Shown: one piece after another, positions 38,335 to 53,500 of the stretch
How the letters are laid out: the number at the start of each line of letters is the position of its first letter
How positions within the stretch are numbered: the stretch's first letter is position 1
Assembly (NCBI GenBank): GCA_965112155.1
Contig: OZ218102.1
Strand: one strand, 5' to 3'
Source of the DNA: Podarcis liolepis
Taxonomy: Eukaryota
DNA: 64,000 nt
Notes under the pieces: model-generated
Databases searched by the model: none
What the model was told of the DNA's origin: nothing
The model's input: only the letters and a program-made list of their open reading frames with translations
Translations under genes and position numbers: made by a program

Positions 38335-39877
38335 CTGGAAACAACGTCTCCTAAGAATGTGAGGTGAATATCTCTGAAATATGGTGGTTTTGTTTAAGGA
38401 GCCATGGGGTTGTTCCTTCTGCTTGAATGGCTGAAGCCCTGAGCATGGTGTTGTAGGTTTTGTATGTATGAGGTTTGTACAGAAAGCCCTGTGTGCTTTT
38501 CCTTCATTTTACTTTCACTAGCTTTCACATTCCCCCACATCCCTTTTGCCATGTACTCTGATGTGGAGAGATTTAAATAATGGAGGAATCAGGAAGGAAG
38601 ATCTGATACTGCTAGTCTGATATTAAACATTGATGTTCAACTTGGGGCTGTAGACATGTTTTCCCACCTTTAAATATTCTTATTTCAATCCAGAGGCCTG
38701 AAATGATCTGAAGGAGCACCTTCTACCATGTGAGACTTCTCACTAGAATTTCACCCTAGCCCCATCCACCACTGCAGAAGGTTGGCTTTGAAGGAGTGTA
38801 ACTCTAACTTGAGTTGAAAAAAGGCTCTAAGAAGCAAATCTGTGTAAAATGAAATAACCTATAGAAAGTGAAAATGCCCAGGCATTTTTCTTTTTTATTT
38901 CTCAGTGGAAGAACAAGGCTTTTAAAAGTGTGGGCTGGTCCCAGAAGGCCTTCCTAGACCCTGGGCCAACTTGTGCTGCTATACTCTTCTTTTTCCAATG
39001 GACAATTTTTTTTAATAGTCCTTCAGCTTCCATAATACCATGCTCTGCTCCAATGAATCAATCAAAATTACATTACCTTTGAGACTGGCCCGATCCTTTT
39101 TTAAAAAAATAGCTAATGCTAAATATTCCTTCTAGAATGGAGTCATTTTTTTGTACGCAGTTTTGGTATTTACGCTGAGGACTTGTTTGATGTTACACTT
39201 ACTGGTGAGTTTGCTCCCCTCCCTGGCAAACATAGACTGAATTGGCAAAGTGTTCCTTCAAGCTTTTCCTGTAATGTCATCATGTGCAACACAGTGTAGC
39301 TATGGATTTAAAGTTTAAACAGGCTTTCCCTAGCAAAACTGCACACCACTCTTCTCTGTCTAGGAAAACAAATGATATGACCTTTGAGATAAATGTTGGT
39401 GAATTGATATGTGAGTGGTGAAATGAGCAGATTTCAGATCATTTTCCAATATGTATGAGGTACCATGTAAGGAATCTATATTTACTTTAAAACAGTCATA
39501 GTTCAGTACTCTGAAAAACAGCGTCTGGCTTTGGGCAGGCTGTCTAACATCATTCTGTAGTAGTCCAGATTGCCTATTTTCTCACTCAACATAGAGTTGG
39601 GCTGGACTGATTTTGGCCAAGTTAGTGCTATACTGAATTTCTGCCAGGTTTGGATTCACATTAAAAAATTCCCAGGCAATTTTGTAGTGTAGTAAGGGCA
39701 ACAACTACAGTTTGGCACAGTTTGCACATCACATAGTATAAAAAAATAAAAATGGTTTAATGTGGATGAGAAGTGTGCTGACATGTTAGATATGCATGGC
39801 TAAATTATGGAAGGCATGGTTTTAAAATATGGTTTTGGAATAAGATTAGGGAAATGCATTGGATATTGAGACTGCCA

Positions 39878-40093
39878 ATTCATGGAGGATCAGTGGCTGC
39901 TAATCATCATGGCTGCGAACTGTCACCATTGTTGGAAGCGATATGCCTTTAAATACCAGTTGCTAGGAAGCAGAGGTAGGAACAGTGCTATTGCATTCAG
40001 TTCCTACTTGTGGACTTCCCATTGGTGTATGGTCGGCCACTGTGAGTATAGGATGTTGGTGTAGGCTGGCCTGATCCAGCAGGGCCTTTCTTA
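39878..40093 (+). mobile_element. CR1-like LINE 3' UTR relic
   Basis: ttcatggaggat...ggccactgtgagtataggatg...ggcctgatccagcagggc...ttcttac resembles reptile CR1 3' ends. Confidence 0.6.
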
Positions 40094-43000
40094 CACTGCC
40101 CCAAAGTTTACGCAATGCTCTTCCTATAGTCCTGTTGCAGCCACACTGCAGACAAAACATGTCACAGTGTGACTTGTCATGTAGTCCAAGCTCAGGTTCT
40201 TGGCTTGTTTTTCATGCAAACAAATCATCACCAGTAAACTCAGAACCAACCTTGGATTGTTCACATTAAATAATAGTTTGTTTTAAACTATGGTTTAGCA
40301 TGGCGTGCAAACCAGGCCTTTCCACCATGCTCAGTGCTCTCCTTTCTCATAAGAGTTTACACCGAAGTTATGTATCTATTTGCATTTCTCTACCAGTTTC
40401 TCTCATAATCTGCCCTTTCTCTTGAAACTTCAATACAGTTCAAGACAAAATGAAATTAAAATAAATGGAAAGATTTCAGAAAATAAAAAAATTGGAGCTA
40501 CTGCTTGGAGCCAGTTAGCCATCCTGTCCATTGCAGCATGTTAAGTAAGCATGTTTACATTGTTTACTTAAGCTGTAGATGTTTGAATTCAGGCTAGATT
40601 GGTTTTTGGCGTGTCATTGCAGCCATTCAGAAAGCTATGTTGTACCAGGTCAGCAGGTTCTAAGTCACAGTGAATAGAAGATTCCAAAAATATATAGGAG
40701 GTGATATTTTCCTTGAAAATAACTTAATTTGTTACTCTGGTGTTTGGAGCAAGTTTGAAACCTTTCAAGGTGCGTTTAAAACATGTAGAAATTGATAAAA
40801 TAACTTGCATGCAAAGTCTTAATAAAATGTTATATCATGATTAAGGTCAGGTATCTTGTGTTAAAAGATGTGCAGTTTCTAGTTTGGGTTGGGACATTGT
40901 AATCACCTGCTCTTCAAGTACTTCTTGTCAAGTGATAAAGAAAACGTTTGGCACGAGACGTCCATCTATCCTTCTAACAAGATAGTATGCTATGGGCTGC
41001 AAAACATTTCAACATCCATCTGGAAGGAAGAGGTAGAGGAGGAAAAAGCCTATTCATTTCAGAATTATCAACCACCAGATTGTGTTGCATAGAATGGCAC
41101 TTCCATGTATTAAGTGGCATCATTGCTTGGTCTTATTCCAACAAGCTTTATGAAAACAAAGTTCCTTTGTCCAGTTTTGTTAAGTGGTAAGTATTGTGAA
41201 GCCACTTCAGTTTCGGAACTGCATTGCACATTCAATGTGTTCTTTTGCTAAATGACCGCAGTAGGTGTAGGTAACCCAGCTGCAACTGCACCCAGACAAA
41301 TATTGAAGCAGTGATCGGCAACTGAAGGCTTACAAGTGTGTGGGTGGGAGGGGGGAGTAGAGACACCAGGATAGCAAACGATCAGCCTCCCTGGCGCCCT
41401 TTTTCTAGTTTCAGATTTGAGGCGTTCCTGAACCTATTGCAAATGGAATTGCATGTTGCAACAGAGAGCAGGGAAATGTTTGTTCCGTCTTTCTACAACT
41501 AATGGGGAGGTTATGATGACCTCATACAGGTTCAGGCATGCTGACTGTTGTTTGTGCCTCTTAGAGTGTGCTGCATGTGCCCTGTACTTGAACACTCTCT
41601 GTAGGCTTGCATATTTCTGGTGTGTATCATTATGGACAAATCCATATGTTATGTCATTGAGATGAATGTTGCCGCCAAGGCTTTCAGATGGCCGTTGTGC
41701 CACCAGCTCTACGGGATTGCATTGTAAGTCTCTACATCTGCCTTCATGCCTGGGGCTGATTGGACACTGCTGTGCTGTCCTGCTGATCCGTGGGGGAAAC
41801 CTATTAAAATAGCATCCAGAAATCTTGACCCTATGGAATTGTTTTGTTTCTGCAAACACCCTGCCACTTTCATGTTTGAATCAGACATGAGCAGTCTTCA
41901 TTCATGCAGTATTTTCTTTTAGCCTTCTGGACACAATTCATACTGGAGTTTTTAATCCGGCTGTGAAGATCTGAACTATTTGGATGCCAGACACCATAGA
42001 AACATTTTTCCTCTTCTGATACTTTGCAAACAGTGACCATATTCCGATAGTCAGATCTCGTCTTAATCAGCTGATATATGCATGAGCTTCATGCACTAGC
42101 ACACAGCCCCCTTTGTTCCAGTTTCACTCTTCCTTTCACAGAAGTGGTGAAACAAGGCAGGAAGCCAGAGTTGATATGAACTTCCAGTTCCTGACTTGTT
42201 GGAATCTATTAACCAAAGTTCCCTTTTTGGATGTAAGCAGAAGCTTACTGTGGCTCCCTTGGTCACTCAAATAAATGGGGAAGCAAAGGAACTGCCTGCA
42301 GGTGCATAGCTCTCAGGCATATCTCAGCTTACTAAGGGGAGCTGCGATCATTCAAAAGTGGCTGCTGCTTACTGACTGCAAACAAACCTATCTGTAAGAT
42401 TGACCAAGAACACTCTTATCAGTACTATTGGTGATATAGAAAAAGATATTGCTGTCCATCACTAGAAAGTCCAATAGTTCCTAAGGAACTTCCAAAAATT
42501 ATGTGAGAACTTCATATTCATATTGGCTTGTTGTCATTTTGATCTGTAGAGTAGTGGAGATTTAAATTTTGTTAAGATTTGACAGACTCTTATTATTCAA
42601 CTAGTAGTATTGGAGAGGTGCTATAACTTTCCCTGGCTGTGTGGATTAAAAGTTTACTAAGTAGATACATCAAGATCTGAACAGATATTTTGTTTGCTGT
42701 TAAATAGGAAAATAATATTTGGATACCTAGGATAATTCAAGTGCCTTTTAGCAACATAGTAACAACACTGTTTTGGCTGAGTCACTCAAGTCGTGACAAG
42801 TTCCTTGTATGTACATAATGATGAACATAATAAGCTTGCTTCAAATTTAAAAAACACATATGGATGGAAAACCACTAGTTGTGCTTAATTTTTTAAGAGA
42901 AAAGTTACCATAAAGAGAGAGCAAGAGAGAAAGAGAGCTCTCTTAAAAAAATATTCACTTGCAGAGTGAGAGAGGAAGATGGTTACAAACAGTGACAGTA

Positions 43001-43226
43001 ATGCCGTTATCCAATTATATCAGAATATTAAAAGTTTGGGTTTGTAGCCATAACTTATCTTATTAGCAGAAGTAAGGCAAAACTGATCGGAACCCTGAAG
43101 TCATGTTCAAGTGCAGTGCCTTAGTAGCCGAGTGCCATTTATGACCTGGCTTGGTTGCTCTCTATTGCCAGTTTGCAGTAATTGGACCAAGATTACATCT
43201 TCGTTTTGCATCTTGTATTCTCATAA

Positions 43227-43382
<156 letters not shown>

Positions 43383-44132
43383 TAAGTGAAATTTTGCCAT
43401 TTGTGGTATTTCAATAGCTCTGATAACTGTGGAGCAAGGAGACCTCAGTCCATGCTTTCCATGCTCTTTTCATTTACAGTTCTTCCACTTATGTCATTTG
43501 TGTTTGCTGATGCTAAGGCAAACCATAGTAGTGGGGCCTACGCAAATCATAGATATTTAAATTTAAGACTTTCCTCTGAAGAACATAGTATTCCTTGAGG
43601 AGATACTCTCTTTATTATCAGCTTCCTGCCTGCACATGCATATAAAACAGCCAAAAAAATGAGAATGACCTTAATGGAGAAGTGTATATATATTTCTTCT
43701 TGTTTGAATGCTAGCTCCATTATTTATTGTTCGACAAAATGTTGTTCGGTTGAAAAATGGACAAAGAAACATTAAATTAATTCCCAGAAATCAGTGGACA
43801 CAATTTGCGGCCCATCATATTGACTTCCTTTTCCCCCCAGACTGGTACTTCCAGCAGCCATGACAAACTAAAAAAAATATTCTTTTTTAAATAATACAAA
43901 CTGATATTTTGTGGATTCTCTTATGCATCCTATGTGTCATGTGCTACCTTTCGCTTTTGGAATGCCATCTGTGATGCGTCAATAGGACTAACATGATGGT
44001 GCATCAAGAGGGCTAAGGGGCTTTCAAGCAACATGATCAAAGCTTTCCCCACTGCCACCATGAGCTGATATGGAGTTGTATTCAACAGTAGCGCTCAGTT
44101 GACAGTACAGTTTCTGTCCAAAGAATGTATAG

Positions 44133-44268
44133 CAGGCATAGGCAAACTCAGCCCTCCAGATGTGTTGAGACTACAATTCCCATCACCCCTGACCACTGGT
44201 CCTTTTAGCTAGGGATGATGGGAGTTGTAGTCCCAAAACATCTGGAGGGCCGAGTTTGCCTATGCCTG
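44133..44268. mobile_element. Palindromic hAT-type MITE (136 bp)
   Basis: 58-nt arms are reverse complements with 5 mismatches; CAGG...CCTG ends; imperfect 8-bp TSD atgtatag/atgtggag. Confidence 0.85.
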
Positions 44269-46429
44269 ATGTGGAGGGAAGCCATTTCCAGTAATTCCCC
44301 ATTCCGTCTTCTCTAAATCAGTTCCACAGGCCTGGGGGCACCCTCCAGAATGTATTTGGAGGGATACTGGGGGCCGTAGGGGAGAGGAAGAATCACTGAA
44401 AACTACTCCCCTGGACAAGCTTACTGTCAGCTGAACAACACTGTTGGATACAACCAACGCTCTTTAGTGCCTGGTGTATGCTAAGCTTATAATATTGAAA
44501 TGAAACAGGACACACATTAAAACTAGGAATCATTTTAATTAGTGTTGAATTTATAGGAAAAAATAGAAACATTTTAGAAACTGTGCTACTGTTTGAAAAC
44601 TTAAAACCACTTTTTTTGAAATTTTACCTTTTATGTTTATTTATGGAAATAGGCTTAATTATGTGGATGAAAGATGGTGCCATGCATTTCACTTGCCAGC
44701 TGCAAGATTCTAGTCAACAGTGGGGGTCTGTCTATATAATTCTGTCAGCCCTTTCCCTTAGGGGAAACATTAATGCGGAAAATCTTAGAGCATTAAACGT
44801 TTGAAAACAGCATTCAGCATAAATATGGGTGGAGAGGGTTTGTAATGAAAGAAGGCTCTTTAAGAGCAGTTTATTAGATTGGGGTCCGCAGAAACACAAT
44901 GACAGAATTGTTGTGTTCGTATTAGAAGCACAAGAGCACATAAATTAACCATTTTCCAATGCAAATGTTTGCTTTCTGCCAAGATCTTAAATTCAATTTT
45001 GGTTTGGGGAGTGGGGGGGGGGGCGAATGCAGCATGATCTCAGCACAAAACATACAACTCTTTGGTCTTTGTGTATTGTCAAAGTAGCATGCGATTTTCA
45101 TAACAGATATATCCCAGTGTATACATTCACATTAGCATGATTAAACCGAGAGCTTTTTTTCAATTAAAAGCCCCCCATTTAAACTCATCCCATTTGATTT
45201 TTAATCATGGCATTTTGCCAAGCCCACTTAATTTTCTCCAGGAGAGAATACTGTGGACTCCTCTTGCACCAGACACATTGGCAGAACTAGTGGAAGAGGT
45301 AGGCAGTAGAGGCTCTGCAGTTAGTTTAACATATGGTCTGTGCTTAATTTCTAATCGGAGATTTTTAACAACAATAATTTTTATCTGTCTGCTGTGGAAA
45401 ACTGAAAAAAACAATAGTAAAAAATGCAAAGCAAATAGCAAAGAAAACAAACAAAGAAAGCTGCATATGAAAAACAGGATCACTTATCCCCGATTCATTT
45501 CAAGATAAATTCTTGCTCCAGGGAGGGCGCCTTTTACAATGAAGTAAGGCAGTTGGATCACCTTTGCAACGTTGACAAACAAAGACCTTCCTCTCAGAAA
45601 TCTCTCTGAATTCACACTGGTAAAATGTACGTCACAAATAATGATTCACTGTATCAATATAAAGGTTTTCTGCCTTCATTCGTACAGGAAGTTCTTTGGC
45701 CATTAGTATCAAGAGGGTGAAGAGTACCATTCTAGTACCATTGTTGTAAAGTTTACAACACTTTGTGTCTAGATATGTTGGGAATAATGAATTGGCCTTA
45801 TTTTCTTACACAGCCGTGGAAGCCCTTCTGTCTGGTTGCAGATGCAAATGCAGGGGCTAGTTGTGATTACTTAGTAGTGAAGAAAAAGATACTCTTCTCA
45901 TGGTGGTTCATATGAAGCACTCCTCAAAGTTGGTAGAAAAGAGAAGCCTCTCAAATTAAGCTTCCTTGTCACTTTGTGGCCTTTCTGGAAAAGGAAGGAG
46001 GGGGGAATTAAACAAGGCCACATCCACAGCGTACAAATTGTACCATTTGGGCTTTCCACAAAGTATCCTGTGAAGTGTAGTTTGCTAAAGGTGCTGTGAA
46101 CTGTGAGGAGATCCCCAATACCCTCAGAGCTACAGTTCCCAGAGTTCCCTGGAAAGACAGATTGATTGCTAAACCACTCTCGGAATTGCAGCTCCTCTTT
46201 CTGCAAGTACATGAAGAGGGTTTGTCATGTAAGTGGTAAGTGCGCACATACAGAATTTGTTCCTCAGAAAACTCGCTAGAGGCGCATGCACAAGCCCTGA
46301 AATCTAGTAAGACCCTTGTTAGTTCTTTACAACAAATGCTCTGGTCAAAAGTGGTCTGCTGAAAGATTATTTTATTTTTCGCTCTTGAGTTTCACCGACT
46401 TCATCTCCTCATCAGATGCCAGGCGCTAA

Positions 46430-46582
<153 letters not shown>

Positions 46583-48040
46583 TGAAAGGGAGTATTGAGC
46601 GAGGTGGCAGGTTCTGTGAATAATGTTTCTTTTGTGGCGTCCAAACTCTCTAACTGTAGAAGGCCAAAGTTCATTTTGTTCACCTCAGGCTTCAGCAGTT
46701 TTCGGTATAAATCAGTGCCTTTGACAGCCTATTTATCTTTAGCAGCAGGTATTTACAAGCAAGTCAAAGTCTTGGTACAATTGTTTATTCCTCAACTCTT
46801 GATTTGATCCACAGGGAAGTCTATATGCTTTCGTTTGGTTGGCTAAAAGTTACTGAAAGGCAACTGTAGCATAAATGCCTTAGGTAAACAAATGACAGGA
46901 CATGACCTAGTCTCTTTTAACACATTTAAAAAAATGTGCATGTGAGAGAGAGAGAGAGGGCAAACATTTGTAAAAGGCAATATATAGAAATATGATGGTG
47001 ATGGTGATATTTATTCTGGGATCTAGTATATGTTTATGTGTATGGGCTTTTATACAATTGTGGGCTTTTAAATTTTGTAATTTTATCTTGATACTGGTCA
47101 TTGACCGTAATAAAACAAATATACTATACTTAGTCTGGGATCTTAATTTTAAAAATACATATTTATACTTATGCCTGAATAATGGCTGACATTGTAAACA
47201 AAATAGGTAATTCTTCAAATGCCTTTTGCCCAAACAAAAGCCTCCAGCATGATAGGGAATGCATATAAATAAAGAAAAAGACCATTTAGGATAACTTCTG
47301 AGTGACATATGCATCACTAATTATGGAGCTAATCCATTATTTGGTGTGCTATAGGTGATCTTGTATAAGTAATGTAAAGCATTGTATGTTTATTATATTA
47401 ATATAATAATATTTTTTTAAACTACTGAACACTGGAAAAAAATAAAAATATTTCACATGAAAGTCTTGCCAGTAATTCTCTGATATGTTGTTTGCAACTG
47501 GGATATCTGCATTAAAGGTGCAGAGATGGGTAATTAAGGAGGTCTTAATTTAAAGTGTTACTGTTTTATATGTTCTGATATGACACAAGGCACATCCATC
47601 TCCTTATGGTTTTAAGTTTTATGGAGCTGGAGAACCACAGTAGGAAATTAAAGCTTATATAAAATGGTTTCTGAAGTTGCTTGAACTGGTAGAATTCCCA
47701 GACAAGAGACTGATAGGCATCACATTGAAATTGTAACAATTGGACTACCGGTACATCATACAGTAGGACTTTTTGATGGTCCTTAAAACTTTTTGATTTC
47801 CTTAAAATTATGTGTGATACAGTTTCCCTTCATACTGTATGTGTGCGTTTTCCTAATTTTTGTTATATGTTCTTTTGTTTTCATGGAGGTTTGCTCAATG
47901 AGAAGCAGAGCCCACAGCTTAAACAACAAAGGACCAGTAATTTACTTTGTTTCTGGCCTTGGGAACCAGAGTTGCAGGGAAACAGTGTTACTATATCTGT
48001 AACTTAATGGCCTGTAAAGTACATCAAGCTAGTTGGATAG

Positions 48041-48274
<234 letters not shown>

Positions 48275-50137
48275 TGATATAGTGCAGTTTTTATTAAGTG
48301 ACATACTCTTGTCTGTTAATTCTGTGCAAGTGTAACAAAAATGATACTGTGGGAGAGTGGAGTGGATAGCTGGATGCCATATTGAATTTGTTTTGAAAAG
48401 CTGCAGGAACTTGCATCTCTGGCTAAAAGGAGAGGAATATAGAAGCAACATTTGTCAACTATTTTTACACAGTACTTTTCTCCAATTCAAATGCTGGGTG
48501 GATTAATGTATGTATTTATTTGATTATTTTTCAGCCCGCCCATCTGATTGCTAGGGCACGTTACAATAACAACATTAATTAAGTTCATTCTAGGGGTGGG
48601 CAGACTTCAGGCGTTTGGGATCTACTTTGTTTTTTCACTGGAGCCAGGTGCAGAATACTGGCTAGGGAAAAGACAACACTCTCTCAGAATTAAGGAACAG
48701 GGCACCTTTGAGTGGATGCTCAGTGCAGGAATGTCTATAGCCCTGCTACTTCAAAATCCACAATCCACTCCTGATTCCCTCCACCCCAGCTTTCATCATC
48801 ACAGCAGCCTTCCTTAGTTAGAAGGGAAACAAATATTTTTGTTGTTGCTATTGTTCAGCAACTTGGAGTCAGAAACCTTGCTGATCTACTGCAACTCTTG
48901 CACAGCTCAACCGGCAGAATGTGATCTGCATTCCTACTTTATTACAGCCTATTCTAACTCTTTGGTAACTGAAAGCTAGTGTTGAAAACTGAAAGCTAGT
49001 GTTGTGCTGAACACTAGTTTCACAGTGGTTTTTGTTCCTGTTCATTTGATGGAACAATGAAGAGCAAATAAGATTCCAAAAAGTGGTCGGGAATGAGTGG
49101 GTGGAACTTAATGATGAAATTCATGTGTGCAAGTTAGCTCTTCAGTGGACCTTCTGCATTTCCTTGACATGAAATACATGAGATGACTTTCACATGGTCA
49201 GAAATGGAGAGGAATAAAAAGTACAAGGCATGTTAAACTTCCTGCTCCTTTTGTTTTACCTAAACATCTCGTGCCAATCTCAATAGCCCTGTTCATATGC
49301 TCTTTGCTTTCCACCCCCTCAGTTATTGTCACATGAAAGGGAGAGCAAGGGTGAACTCGTTTGGCTCACCACCTCCCTCACATCTCTGCCAGCATTGCTG
49401 CAAACCCCATATGTTGGTGCTGAACATTTGCAGCTGGGAGCCTGCTGCTCAGTAGAATCCCTGTCTGATTTAGAAACCCTTTCTTCTAGACTTCTGCATG
49501 GAGCCTACTTGGGTAGAAAAAGTTCCCTGCTGCAGACATTCAGACCCCAATATTTGTGGGACTGTGCAAATGCTGAAAGAGATGGTGCATGTGAGGGGGT
49601 CAAGCCCATGGGTTCATCTCCTCTCCCACCCCCAATGGAGGAGAGACCTGAACCTGGTTATTGAGCTTAAAGAATACAAAGCAGAAACTGCTTCACCTCC
49701 CTTCTGCTTTTAGTAAGACTGGAAGGGAGTTCTTATGATGAAGGCAAAATGTGGCAAGTGTGCATACTCTGCTTTGTGATCTTGTGTATGTTCACCTGGA
49801 GTAGGTGGATGGGTAGGTATGGCGTCTTGGTGGGGGGGGGGGGAGAGAGAGAATGTGAATGTTTGAAGGCAGCTGATTTGAACTGAATGTATTAAAGAGT
49901 TGGGTGTGTTTCATACTCCAGTAACTTTTATTTTGTGAGAATCACCTCTTTTATTGAATTTATACTATTCTGCTCTATTTGGAAATAGTTCTATTTGTTT
50001 TATCCTTGCAATGGTTTTATCTCTTTTTTATAATTGTATATTATATTGTTGCAACCTGTGAAGGGCAGGTGAGAAGTCTAATTAAAAAATAAACATGCTA
50101 CTTGTACTACAGATAGAACATGGCAGCAGCATTTTGA

Positions 50138-50473
<336 letters not shown>

Positions 50474-50510
50474 TGAAAGATGGCAGCTTTGTGTTACCAC
50501 ATGAGCTTGC

Positions 50511-50561
50511 TCCTTCCTTCCTTCCTTCCTTCCTTCCTTCCTTCCTTCCTTCCTTCCTTCC
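50511..50561. repeat. (CCTT)n microsatellite
   Basis: Read directly. Confidence 0.95.
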
Positions 50562-53500
50562 ATCTACAAATTGCATTTTTGAAGAAACAGATCTGAAACA
50601 TGAGATTGGCATCCTGAATGTCATAACACATTCTGAGTTTTATACTCATCTGCCTGTCCCAGTGTTACATCAAGCTTATGGGCATTGCTCAGGCCCAGAG
50701 ACAATAGCAGTGCTCTTAACTATTTGGGCAAATGGGTATTACATTCTAAATTCCAGTGAGGATTCCTCTGGTAGAAGGTGAGGGAGTCAACTCTGGAAAT
50801 CTAGGGGAAATCCTGTTCCAGGTGATGCAGGAAAGGTGGGACTGTAGGGGAATAGGAGGAGAAACCTCTCGTGGAATTGCAGAGTATTTCCAAATGCAGT
50901 TGGCAACAGTCATAGAATATTTTGCAAATTAGGTTGATCAGGGCTGCAAAATTAATAAATAAAAGCAAGTAACCCTTGGTGCTAAATAACTTGTCCACTC
51001 CTTCCTTTTCAAGTTTTTCAGTTTGATCCATTTGAAGGGCAGCTTCAGCTATTTTAATATTAATAGGCATTTTTACTAGCAGAATTGTTCATAGAGGCTC
51101 CAGTAAAGAGCTGCATTTAATTTGGAAGCAAATGTATGCATAAGTAATCAAATGCCAGGTTATGCCGGCTAAGGTTTCTTTTAAAGACAGAACAAAGAAA
51201 TCATTATTCGGCAAACAATATCAGAAAATGAACTTAGATATTCATGAATTCTGATATTGATGTGGATAAACTGTGAGCTGTTTAGCCAGGCAACAAAAGC
51301 ATAACCTTGAAATTTGCCTTATTAAAGTTTATTAACTTACTGAATATGAAAGAGAGCACCATTCATTTCCCAAGAGGTTTCAAGTGAATTCCATCTGCCG
51401 GCATTGGCTAATTGGTGAAAAGAAGCAGCAGCAATCCTGTGAGCAAATTAGTCATTTGTCTTCACTTAAAATATTTGCCTGCTGAGAAAACTAACTGCAA
51501 TAGCATCATTTTGATATTCAGTCCTTGAAGATCCCTATTTGGAAGATTCCTCCACAGCTAAACCTTAAATTTTCCTGTGCCTGTAAATACAGTGCAGTCC
51601 TCTGCTTAATAGACTAAATAAGGACAATGGTGGAGGTGCAAGGCCAGCTTTCTTAGTAACTGAGTCAGACAGAACATAATTGGCTTTGTTGTTGACTACA
51701 GTGTACTAGCACATGCTAATCAACGTTCCTTTATGTGAGTTGCTTGTTACACCAGAAGTAGTATTTTCTAAATATGTTAGTCAGTATTTAAATTTTGCAG
51801 GCAGACATTCCATTTTTTGGATGCTGTGCTTGTGCACATAGTGCCAAACCATGGTTTAGCATCATGTGGGAACATGGTCATTGTCTTTTTGGCATGCAAG
51901 CCAACTTCAGCTGTTTAAATAGAGAAATGCAGTTGCTAAGGGTGCACAAATCTTCTGCCCTAGAGAAGGAGAAACCGCATCCTTGAATGAATGCCAACCC
52001 CCAAAAGAACTGAAATGGACCAGCAGAACGGAAGGTTCTGAGAGTGCAAGGCATTAAACAAGATAGTAGTCACATCTGAGAAACTAAACAAAAGGGAATA
52101 CATTCTGATTCTTCAAACAGCTTAATATTGACATTTCACCAGCTTCCCCATACCCTTACTTGCTCCTTAGGGCAGAAATAATAAGAATTTATATGTTTAG
52201 GATGTTCTTACCATCCAGGAACAGAAATACACTGAGAAATTCAGCGTGTCCAGTTGTCATCTTTATAACATGGCATTAAATTTAAAAAATGCAAATGCAA
52301 CAGTTTTTACCAGGCAGTTAAACTTGTAATGAAATAATGTTTATTTCTTTATATTATCACGCAGCCTTGTGGGACTGGTAAGCGAAAGAAAAGTCCCTCT
52401 TCCTCCCCTTTAATACTCCTTCGGCTTGACTGTGGTGGATAGATAGAAATCATTGAAAAATGCTTCCTAGAATTGAAAAAAAACTGTAAGGTTTAAAAGG
52501 GTCTTACTGCTTCTGTGAGTCATGTAATGTGCTGCACCAGCAAGACTTTGCAATCCAGAGGTGGATTTAGGGGAGCATGGCTGGTTTGATTGCACTGGAC
52601 CCACGGGGGAGGGGGATGCCACAACTATGATTTAGAATGGAGCATGAGAGGCAAGGAGATGCTGATTTTGGCACCACTGAAATTTGAGACCCCGAGATCT
52701 AGATATGCCACTGTCATTTGGAAAATGATTTGTAGAATGAAAGAAAGGCCCATTCACAGTCTTGGCCACCTCAAAAGTAAGGTGGCATAAACCCTCTGCA
52801 CCCCACCATGTGAATTTCATTGACGTCTTCTCTCCCTTTTTGATAGTTTTTGAATGCAGGGAAAAAATGCTTGGCACAGCACTAGTTCTGACTTGACACT
52901 CGGCCAAGGTTCATAGTTTGTTCCTTCCCTGTGAGATTAAGGGGGAGCAAAACATTACCATAATGTGCAAACTGGACCACTGTTTTTGTTGTGATGCAAA
53001 TAGTCTTCTGGAATTTAATGGCATTCCATTAATTTCTAATATAGATCTTGATGTTGCTGGAATTTTATTACAATGTTTTATTTTATGGGTTTTTATTTTA
53101 GTGGATCAAAGCCAGATCTGCACCTTGTGATTTGGATTTGGTTAAAAGAAATAACATGACAATGAATACTTTCTGTTTAAAAAGTCCATCAATAAGAGCA
53201 TGTAGTGTTGCGCTGTGGAAGTATGATATCCTGGACCAAAAGAAGAGGGGGGAAAATCCAGTAGAAAGTTTCACAACGTGTTTCTCCTGCTGCCTCTTAT
53301 TACTAATGACAGAAAAGCTTAAAGCAAGCTATGGTTTCCATCAGCAGGCAGAACTTCCTTTCTGAGTCAAGAAAGGTCAATTGTACATTTTCAAAAAGGT
53401 GCTGACGTGAAGGGAGGAAAGAAGGTTAAGGGTGGAGGAGACCACTTTCAAATTTCATTATTTACGTTTTCTACAAAATGTTAGTTTTTCAAAAGTCGGT

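Noticed and set aside
52557-52712. Possible hAT-like element (CAGAGGTGGATTTAG...CTAGATATGCCACTG)
   Set aside because: The TIR match is weak and there is no TSD; too decayed to call.
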